From Spirulina sp. (GTDB taxonomy: Bacteria; Cyanobacteriota; Cyanobacteriia; Phormidesmidales; Phormidesmidaceae), in contig JBIPSI010000050.1 in the NCBI GenBank assembly GCA_044070495.1, forward strand, positions 1 through 22,842: a stretch of 22,842 nucleotides of DNA, written 5' to 3'. Below the pieces are notes generated by a model. That model was not told the DNA's origin. It worked only from the letters and a program-made list of their open reading frames with translations, and made no database searches. Positions 1 to 6,056 of the stretch are shown here, piece by piece. Numbering within the stretch: position 1 is the stretch's first letter; each line of letters begins with the position of its first letter. Both the position numbers and the translations under genes were made by a program.

Positions 1-11
1 ACTGTTCAGAT

Positions 12-218
12 ATGCCTAGCCTCATCACCGACACCCTAACCTTCGGCGGCAACTGCGAACCCGACGCCACGCCGCCCCCCGGCTGGCAAATCACCGCAGC
101 CGACCCGCCCCCCGGAATGGCTTCCCCTCAGTGGGATGCAGTCGCCCAGCAGTGGATCGAAGGCCCCCAGCCCCCGCCCTATGCCCCGCCCCTGTCCTTG
201 TCAGACCTAATCCCATGA
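12..218 (+). CDS. Small Pro-rich hypothetical protein, possibly virion-associated
   Basis: 68 aa ORF with PQWDAVAQQWIE motif. Its stop overlaps the next start (ATGA at 215-218). Confidence 0.5.
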   Translation: MPSLITDTLTFGGNCEPDATPPPGWQITAADPPPGMASPQWDAVAQQWIEGPQPPPYAPPLSLSDLIP

Positions 219-367
219 ATCGCCCCATCCGCCCCGCCATCGCTATCGCCGCCGCTGTCGCCCTTGGCCTACTCGTTCTAGCCGCTGGTTCGCGGGATGA
301 ATTTCCAAGGCGTCGTCAAGGAGGAGGTAGCCAGAGTGCCAACCCTATCGCTCTACTTTCCGCCTGA
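215..367 (+). CDS. Small membrane or secreted peptide (50 aa)
   Basis: ATG overlaps the previous TGA. Basic N-terminus plus hydrophobic run AIAIAAAVALGLLVLAAG. The 3' end overlaps the FHA gene. Confidence 0.4.
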   Translation: MNRPIRPAIAIAAAVALGLLVLAAGSRDEFPRRRQGGGSQSANPIALLSA

Positions 368-908
368 GTTCCCCGACCCGTCACTCGCGGATCACACCCA
401 TCGCCTGACCATCCCCCGACCAGACGCCGACTCTGATGAGTTCCTGGTCGGACGCTCCCCAGAGTTAGACCTAACCTTAGCCGTCAAGACCGTTAGCCGT
501 CGCCATCTGGCCATCACCTACAGCTACGCCGCCGACCGCTGGGCCATTCAGGATCTCAAATCCACCGGGGGCACTTGGCTGAACGACCAGGCCCTCACCC
601 CCTATAACTGGCACTCCCTCACCATCGGAGACAAGATCCACCTCAGCAGCAACCCGCCGATCCGAGTTGTTGAGGATGAGAACGACACCATCAACGACGA
701 CGGCCCCACCACCGTCGTAAGCCTCACGCCCCTGGCCACCATTCCCCCAGCTCCCCTCGACGGCGACCGCTACGACGACGCCCTCTACCTGTTTGTCCAG
801 TGGTTCACCACCGGCACCACCTTCTGGGGAAAAACAGCCCGGTTCCTGCTGCTGGTGCTGCTGGCCACCATCGCCGCCGTTGCGGTGGCCGCCGTCGTCA
901 TCCACTAG
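297..908 (+). CDS. FHA domain protein with C-terminal transmembrane helix
   Basis: FHA motifs VGRS, VSRRH and DLKSTGGTWLND; hydrophobic tail FLLLVLLATIAAVAVAAVV. An alternative GTG start at 336 follows a GGAGG RBS. Confidence 0.85.
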   Translation: MNFQGVVKEEVARVPTLSLYFPPEFPDPSLADHTHRLTIPRPDADSDEFLVGRSPELDLTLAVKTVSRRHLAITYSYAADRWAIQDLKSTGGTWLNDQALTPYNWHSLTIGDKIHLSSNPPIRVVEDENDTINDDGPTTVVSLTPLATIPPAPLDGDRYDDALYLFVQWFTTGTTFWGKTARFLLLVLLATIAAVAVAAVVIH

Positions 909-916
909 CCCAAAAC

Positions 917-948
917 AAAACCCCCAGGGCCTTGGCCGCTGAGGGTTC
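917..948. terminator. Probable hairpin terminator between convergent genes
   Basis: Imperfect stem aacccc-ag-ggcc / ggcc-g-ctga-gggtt preceded by an A-run. Confidence 0.45.
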
Positions 949-960
949 GCTGAGTAGTAG

Positions 961-1965
961 TCACAGCCTAATTTTAGGTCGTGGCGTCAGCCGTCGCCAT
1001 CCATCAATCACCGCCAAAATCTCAGCATGGGGCCGAAAATCCACATACACCGCCCGTTCTACAATCGCCGCCCGTTCCCTCACCAGCCCCCGCAGCATAG
1101 AGCCACCTGGAATGTGGCGGACGCCATCAATGCGATCACCATGGCCCCACCGATACCGGAAGTAACGCCTTCCCTTGCTGGGATATTCGCTGGCCTCATG
1201 CCAAAACCGCCCACCCTGGCAAAACGCCTCATGAAGCGCGTCGTCCTCATCCCCTGGATCGGCATCCTCCCACCAACGAGATTCCGCACTGTCGGACACA
1301 TTTCCCTTAGGAAAATCTTGGCCCTGAATCTCGCCCCCGCAATCGCTGAAGCGGCGAGATTCCGCACTGTCGGACACGCTTCCTAGTGGCTCCACCTCTC
1401 CGCCATCCCAAAACCATAGACCTTGGTTCCCCCGACAGTAGATCGGCTTAATGGGCTGAACGTCTGACAGCACCCACCCCCAGGGGCCAAAGAACCATGG
1501 CGAGTTATGCGTCTGAGTGTTGCCCCGAAAAGTGACCAGCGCGACGATAGCCCCTGCTGGGTGTTCGCTTTCCGGCGGCACATCTCCCAGGCCGCTTGTC
1601 CTGATCCACTCCGCCCCCTCCGAGTCCCACCCCTTCCCGGCATGGATCGCAATCACTGTCCCGACCTCTCTCGGTAGCGCCCAGGTTCTGTTCTCGACAT
1701 CCTTCCCCAGGTGGGTGATCGCGTAGGCCCAGGGCCGCTTTAGGGTAACGGTGGGCGTTCGTTCAACATGTGACAGTTGCCCTCTGCTCGCGTGGCTACA
1801 GCTCGGAGCTGTGCGCGGCTGATCGTCGCCCGAAACCCTTGCTATTGCGTTGTTGTCGGAAAGCCCCCCTCGGCTAACGACGTTGTGACAGTTGCCCCCG
1901 CACTCTAGGCGGCAATAGTAGCCGCTGGGGTGGTCTAGGCTGGGCACCAAGTTAGGGCACATCAT
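961..1965 (-). CDS. ASCH (PUA-like) domain protein with an additional C-terminal basic domain
   Basis: ASCH signature TLKRPWAYAI..GKDVENRTW..IAIHAGK..GAIVALV..RGNQGLW; C-terminal RYFRYRW..HIPGG segment. Confidence 0.85.
   Translation of the reverse strand: MMCPNLVPSLDHPSGYYCRLECGGNCHNVVSRGGLSDNNAIARVSGDDQPRTAPSCSHASRGQLSHVERTPTVTLKRPWAYAITHLGKDVENRTWALPREVGTVIAIHAGKGWDSEGAEWIRTSGLGDVPPESEHPAGAIVALVTFRGNTQTHNSPWFFGPWGWVLSDVQPIKPIYCRGNQGLWFWDGGEVEPLGSVSDSAESRRFSDCGGEIQGQDFPKGNVSDSAESRWWEDADPGDEDDALHEAFCQGGRFWHEASEYPSKGRRYFRYRWGHGDRIDGVRHIPGGSMLRGLVRERAAIVERAVYVDFRPHAEILAVIDGWRRLTPRPKIRL
1277..1377. repeat. 23-bp exact direct repeat inside the ASCH gene
   Basis: cgagattccgcactgtcggacac at 1277-1299 and 1355-1377 (VSDSAESR twice). 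Confidence 0.9.
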
Positions 1966-2200
1966 CGGTCAAGCCTTCCACAATCAAGGACAGAAAGTAG
2001 TTTCGGGCTGGTGCTGGCCACCGCCGCACCATGCTGAGCACCTGATGCGCATTGAGTCGCACCGCTAGCGCCTGTTGGTCGGCCTTACTCAGGCCGTGGG
2101 CCTCCAGTTCCGCCAAGATGGCATCTACGAGATGGTCAACATCATCACCACCTCGGTGCTCTGGCTGTTCGATTAGGTCTAAAAGGTTAAGTTGCGTCAT
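1952..2200 (-). CDS. Hypothetical protein (82 aa)
   Basis: ORF overlaps the ASCH start, suggesting an operon; helical composition. Confidence 0.6.
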   Translation of the reverse strand: MTQLNLLDLIEQPEHRGGDDVDHLVDAILAELEAHGLSKADQQALAVRLNAHQVLSMVRRWPAPARNYFLSLIVEGLTDDVP

Positions 2201-2239
2201 GACTGGGCACTTTAAATTTGCTGAGTTTGGTTGCTAATC

Positions 2240-2638
2240 ATGCGTGTTCATCCGATCTGGTATTTGGTGGGGTTCTCCCTATTCATTGGGGTCGCCAATA
2301 AGGTTTTGGAGAGTCCCCAGGGCGCGGCCCCCGCCGCCGCTGGTGGCAGCTCTGGGGACTACGCCACCGAGGTGGCCAAGATGATCACCGAGGTAACCAA
2401 TATCGACGCCCAAGGGGAGATGGAAGCTCGCCACTACTACGAAGAAACCATCCTGGGCCTAGATGCTTACTGCTCCGAGAATGTGGGGATGGTTGTAAGG
2501 CTTGCCGCCGTCGAAGTGGATAGGAGGGGTGATTCAGGCGTTCAGTTCGCGCTACTAGATGAGCTTGACGTAGTCCTAACCATGGCTGAAGACGCCCCCG
2601 TGCGCCCCACCCCCTGCGAACCACTGATAGGCCAGTAG
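2240..2638 (+). CDS. Hypothetical N-terminally membrane-anchored acidic protein
   Basis: ATG at 2240, hydrophobic IWYLVGFSLFIGVA segment, followed by a strong hairpin. Confidence 0.6.
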   Translation: MRVHPIWYLVGFSLFIGVANKVLESPQGAAPAAAGGSSGDYATEVAKMITEVTNIDAQGEMEARHYYEETILGLDAYCSENVGMVVRLAAVEVDRRGDSGVQFALLDELDVVLTMAEDAPVRPTPCEPLIGQ

Positions 2639-2656
2639 CCCACCACCACGCCAAAG

Positions 2657-2692
2657 CAAACCCCCAGAGATGCGATCACCTCTGGGGGTTTG
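2657..2692. terminator. Bidirectional intrinsic terminator
   Basis: 13-bp stem caaacccccagag / ctctgggggtttg between convergent ORFs. Confidence 0.8.
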
Positions 2693-2701
2693 TTGTGTTG
2701 G

Positions 2702-3037
2702 TTATTCGCCGCCTAGTTGAGACCTCAGCTCCTCCAACTCCTTGAGTGAGGTTGTGTGCTTTTCAACTTCGCGTTCATACCAGCGCACGCACTCCTCGAC
2801 TTCTACCAGCTTCTCTTGCTCTTGCTTGATTAGCTGGTCAACGATTTTCCCAAGACGTCTGGCTGAGTCCTGGGAGACTCTGTCGATGATGGCTTGTACC
2901 AATCCTTCATAGTCTCCAAAAGCTCCGAGAGGGACTTCGCCCCCACCTCCTGCTTCACTTTCTCCATGAAGTCCCTGGCCTCGTTGCTCACGGTCAAGTT
3001 CAGTCGCGGTTTCTGTGCCATTCTCAACCTTCTCCAT
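2702..3037 (-). CDS. Coiled-coil hypothetical protein (111 aa)
   Basis: ATG at 3037; heptad-rich C-terminal half IVDQLIKQEQEKLVEVEECVRWYEREVEKHTTSLKELEELRSQL. Confidence 0.6.
   Translation of the reverse strand: MEKVENGTETATELDREQRGQGLHGESEAGGGGEVPLGAFGDYEGLVQAIIDRVSQDSARRLGKIVDQLIKQEQEKLVEVEECVRWYEREVEKHTTSLKELEELRSQLGGE
2830..3021 (-). CDS. Ribbon-helix-helix (CopG/Arc-like) DNA-binding protein, nested in a different frame of the coiled-coil gene
   Basis: MAQKPRLNLTVSNEARDFMEKVKQEVGAKSLSELLETM has the alternating beta-strand, helix and G-x-x-S-L-S-E-L-L helix pattern. Confidence 0.7.
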   Translation of the reverse strand: MAQKPRLNLTVSNEARDFMEKVKQEVGAKSLSELLETMKDWYKPSSTESPRTQPDVLGKSLTS

Positions 3038-3063
3038 AGATCGTCTCCATGATTGTACGCCGC

Positions 3064-3126
3064 TTATACGCATAACTTATTAATGCGCATAACTATGCGT
3101 ATTGTAGTTCAAGTTATGCGTATAAT
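3064..3126. promoter_or_regulatory. Divergent promoter/operator array
   Basis: Perfect 15-bp inverted repeat ttatacgcataactt (3064-3078) / aagttatgcgtataa (3111-3125), a central near-palindrome aatgcgcata-ac-tatgcgtatt, and TATAAT at 3121-3126. Confidence 0.8.
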
Positions 3127-3299
3127 GCACGCATGGATAACCAACTCCACAACGGGGCCTCACTCCCCCGTTTTCCTGGCTGGCCCTAGGGGTGTATGGG
3201 CGTTCATGCAGGCGGTGCAATTCCGCCCAGGCCAAAGTGACTGACTAGCGTCAAACGTAGTGACCGGGGAACGCCCCCCGGATTTTCTTAGGAGAAAAA

Positions 3300-3629
3300 G
3301 TGACCCAAGAAGAGTTGATGACCCTACGCCTACCCCGCCTACAGCAGATTGCCGAGCGCCACGGCATTCAATGGGCCAATGCCCACGGGAGAGGCCGCCA
3401 TCTACGCAAACCTGAGCTGGTAGAACTGCTGGCCCCCGTCTTAGAGGCTAAAACGCCCCCGCCCCTGCCCCAGAAAGTCTATCGAGTGGTGAACCGCGCC
3501 ACGGGAAAAGAGGTCGGGCGTTTTCCATCCATCTCCTACGCCGGTCTATTTTGGCGGGGCCTGTGCCAAGCCAACGGATCAGCAGAAGCCATCAAAATGA
3601 AATTTCGCATGGAGGAAACCTGGGAATGA
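3300..3629 (+). CDS. Hypothetical protein with Rho_N/HeH-like N-terminal motif
   Basis: AGGAG RBS before GTG; LRLPRLQQIAERHGI...LRKPELVELL pattern. Confidence 0.65.
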   Translation: MTQEELMTLRLPRLQQIAERHGIQWANAHGRGRHLRKPELVELLAPVLEAKTPPPLPQKVYRVVNRATGKEVGRFPSISYAGLFWRGLCQANGSAEAIKMKFRMEETWE

Positions 3630-3829
3630 CCGCCGAAGCCGCCCACTACTGCACCCCCAAAGACCGAGTGACGAGCGAAATCCTCAAGGAAATGCGCTCC
3701 ATGAGCTTGCCCGACCTGGTCTATCTTCGCGACCAAGCCCAGGCCCTCAACCAAGCGCGTCTAGAGCAAGAAGCCGCCCTCAACGCCCGTTACCCCCTCA
3801 CCACCGGAACCGATGACCATGGCGAGTAA
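3626..3829 (+). CDS. Hypothetical protein (67 aa)
   Basis: GGAGG RBS; ATGA overlap with the upstream stop. Confidence 0.6.
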   Translation: MTAEAAHYCTPKDRVTSEILKEMRSMSLPDLVYLRDQAQALNQARLEQEAALNARYPLTTGTDDHGE

Positions 3830-4082
3830 CCAACAAGTTCCCGAACGCATCGCCCGCACCCTCGCCAAAGCTGCCTTTGTATCGGCTTACCTGGCTGACG
3901 AAGCAACCAGCGGCAGTACCGAGCATGTAGGGCAGAACCCAGAGGAGCTTATGGCCTCCTTGAATCACGTTGCCGAATGCCGCCTACTAGAGATGCCCCG
4001 TAGCGAGTATCTAGCCAACCTGCGCCGCTGGCTCTCGGCCTTCGATTGTGAACTCTTAGAGGAAACCCCCGATGCCGAATGA
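3813..4082 (+). CDS. Hypothetical protein
   Basis: ORF overlaps both neighbours in the same operon. Confidence 0.6.
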   Translation: MTMASNQQVPERIARTLAKAAFVSAYLADEATSGSTEHVGQNPEELMASLNHVAECRLLEMPRSEYLANLRRWLSAFDCELLEETPDAE

Positions 4083-4404
4083 AACCCCCACCATCCAACC
4101 CTGGGCCATGGACGCCCTACGAGAGCTGATTGATATCGCAGGGCTGCTCAACGATGAACAGTTCATTTCCCACGAAGAAGACCCCCGAATCACCGTCATC
4201 GACCGCCTAACCCAGCTCATCCAGTCCTTAGTGATTGACCGTGAACCCCTAGACCCCCAGGACGATGATCAGCGAGTCTTCTTTATGCCAGAGGACGGAG
4301 TCCCTGTCGAGGTTCGCTCCAGTGAGAACCCCTACGAGAGTGAACGAAACCTAGACCGGATTGACGACGACGAGTACGGCAACCCCCGCCTGCTCCCTTA
4401 CTAA
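4072..4404 (+). CDS. Acidic hypothetical protein (110 aa)
   Basis: GAGG RBS; overlaps the upstream ORF; its stop abuts the ribozyme. Confidence 0.65.
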   Translation: MPNETPTIQPWAMDALRELIDIAGLLNDEQFISHEEDPRITVIDRLTQLIQSLVIDREPLDPQDDDQRVFFMPEDGVPVEVRSSENPYESERNLDRIDDDEYGNPRLLPY

Positions 4405-4466
4405 CCCGCCTGACGATGGCCCCTGCCAAGGGCCGAAACATTCCCCACCGTGGGGAGTGTCGCGGG
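4405..4466 (+). ncRNA. Type I hammerhead ribozyme
   Basis: Stem I cccgc (4405-4409) / gcggg (4462-4466). Core CUGACGA (4410-4416) plus one extra U. Stem II ggccc / gggcc. GAAA at 4435-4438. Stem III acauucccca / uggggagugu. GUC cleavage triplet at 4459-4461. Confidence 0.92.
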
Positions 4467-4650
4467 AGGCTTGCACGGCCCCGGATTCCAACCCCGTGGC
4501 CCTAAGCTTCTTCGCCTCCGGGCTGGGGCTGTTATACCGATGCGTTTTTACGCCCAAAGAATGTTGCCATACAGCCCGGAGCCACCACTAGGCGGAATCA
4601 TCTCCAGTCTGAGAGCGACGTGCTAAACGGTGGCCCAGCCCCGGAGCTTA
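4462..4650 (+). ncRNA. Putative IS110 bridge RNA
   Basis: Non-coding segment just upstream of an IS110 recombinase. It has a 5' hairpin (4474-4498), an outer stem (4516-4525 / 4636-4646) and two arms (4526-4577, 4581-4634), each with a large internal loop capped by a small hairpin. Confidence 0.75.
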
Positions 4651-4677
4651 TGTAATTGCGACACAGGACGTTGATCT

Positions 4678-5880
4678 ATGCCTTCAATCATCGGGGTAGA
4701 GGTTGCTAAGACCTCTGTGCTTTGCTGCAATCTGGATGACGGTCTACCCGTTCCTAGCGACCCAGCGCAGTTTGCCCATTCCTATGAACCCATCCCCATC
4801 CTGGCCAACAGCGACGGTGTGAAACGCCTGTTGGAGCTGGGAGATCACTATGTCATTGAACCTACGGGGGATTATTCCCGCGTTTGGATCAACACCCTCA
4901 GGGCCAACGGTAAGACCGTCCTTAGGGTCAATCCCAAACGGGTATCTGCCCTGAAGCAGTATCACGGCGTAGCCAGTAAGACCGACCGATACGACGCCGC
5001 ATTCCTGGCCATCTATGGAGCCATGAACCACGGCAAGCCCAGCGCATTCCTTAGCGACTACGCCGAGGAACTGAGGGAAGCCACAGCCCAACATCAATTC
5101 CTTAGCCGCCAGACGGGGAACCTTCAGCGCCGCCTATGGCAACTCCTAAGCCACGAATGGCCGGAAGCCTGCCGCGTGGCATCAGGGAAGAAACCCCAGC
5201 AGCGCCGCCTATGGCTTAGTCCCCATCCTCCGGCGCTGTGGCGGTTTGTCGCTGGTGAGTCGGTCAGGAACCAGAAAAGCAGGGAAGCCAGTCTAGACGA
5301 AACCATTGGCTCCGGCCTCTCCGTGATGAGTAAGACCCTGGCCGCGCAGGTCTGCGAGATGGAGCGGCAACAGTTCCTTATTGAAGAGCACATCGCCGCA
5401 ATCCTCGAAGTCAGCGAGTTTAAGCCCTATCACACCGTATTTGATCGGTTCGGCTTCGGCGAGATGACGCGGGCCGTCCTGCTGAGCCGCATCTACCCCT
5501 TTGATCGCTTCCTAGGCCCAGACGGTAAGCCCCGCAGGGAGAAGCGCCCTAGTTCCAAGACAGAAGGGCGCTTCCATCGCCGTGATCGCTCCCTGGGAGC
5601 CTTCCGTATGGCCCTGGGCAATGGAACCCGCGTCTATCAGTCAGGGCAAGACATGAAGCGTCGCGCCGCTGGTAGTCAGCTAACCCGAACGGCGCTGTAT
5701 CTCCATGTGGGGACAAAGATTTGCATGGCCAGCGCCAGAAACCTCGCCATGCCCCCCAAACTTCGCGCCCATGCTGACTACCATCAATCCCTCGCAGGGG
5801 TGCCCCACAAGCAGGCCGTCAGTAAAACCATGAGCCGAATCGTCAAAGACCTATACAGGGAGTTGCTGGCCACCCTGTAA
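4678..5880 (+). CDS. IS110-family (Piv/MooV-like) recombinase/transposase
   Basis: RuvC-like motifs IIGVEVAK, VIEPTG, VNP and KTDRYDA; C-terminal Tnp domain LG..YQSG (Ser322)..GS..RTALY. Confidence 0.9.
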   Translation: MPSIIGVEVAKTSVLCCNLDDGLPVPSDPAQFAHSYEPIPILANSDGVKRLLELGDHYVIEPTGDYSRVWINTLRANGKTVLRVNPKRVSALKQYHGVASKTDRYDAAFLAIYGAMNHGKPSAFLSDYAEELREATAQHQFLSRQTGNLQRRLWQLLSHEWPEACRVASGKKPQQRRLWLSPHPPALWRFVAGESVRNQKSREASLDETIGSGLSVMSKTLAAQVCEMERQQFLIEEHIAAILEVSEFKPYHTVFDRFGFGEMTRAVLLSRIYPFDRFLGPDGKPRREKRPSSKTEGRFHRRDRSLGAFRMALGNGTRVYQSGQDMKRRAAGSQLTRTALYLHVGTKICMASARNLAMPPKLRAHADYHQSLAGVPHKQAVSKTMSRIVKDLYRELLATL

Positions 5881-5902
5881 AGCCTCCTGAGATGACCCCG
5901 CG

Positions 5903-5929
5903 CCCCCGCTCTGTCGGGGGTCTTTTTTT
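5903..5929 (+). terminator. Intrinsic terminator after the recombinase
   Basis: cccccg / cggggg stem followed by tcttttttt. Confidence 0.8.
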
Positions 5930-5936
5930 GGCCGCG

Positions 5937-6027
5937 CTTATACCGATCCCTTCGTTCGTGCTGCACTCTGATCGCTAGTGTGGGTAGCGAAATCTTCGTG
6001 CAGCACTCACTACGGAATCGGTATAAG
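5937..6027. repeat. 91-bp imperfect palindrome with CTTATACCGAT termini
   Basis: cttataccgat (5937-5947) / atcggtataag (6017-6027); gtgctgcac / gtgcagcac; cgcta / tagcg. Confidence 0.9.
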
Positions 6028-6056
6028 GTAGGTTAAGGCGCTTTAGGAGTCTACCG

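Larger units (their letters stand above)
1..5947. mobile_element. Right part of a prophage-like or integrative element ending in an IS110-family recombinase (left end outside window, right end approximate)
   Basis: Dense short hypothetical ORFs with ATGA-type overlaps, an ASCH protein, an RHH regulator with operator array, and a terminal recombinase. Housekeeping genes start abruptly at cysH (6057). No hallmark capsid or terminase gene is visible. Confidence 0.7.

Noticed and set aside
3181..3234. Functional tRNA gene
   Set aside because: No credible D or anticodon arms and only ~54 nt long; kept only as a tRNA-like motif.
3053..3244. 63-aa ORF over the operator region
   Set aside because: A by-product of the ATGCG repeats; the region is better explained as promoter and leader.
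4351..4591. Short ORFs 4361-4591 (+) and 4351-4557 (-)
   Set aside because: They overlap the ribozyme and structured RNA and show no protein features.
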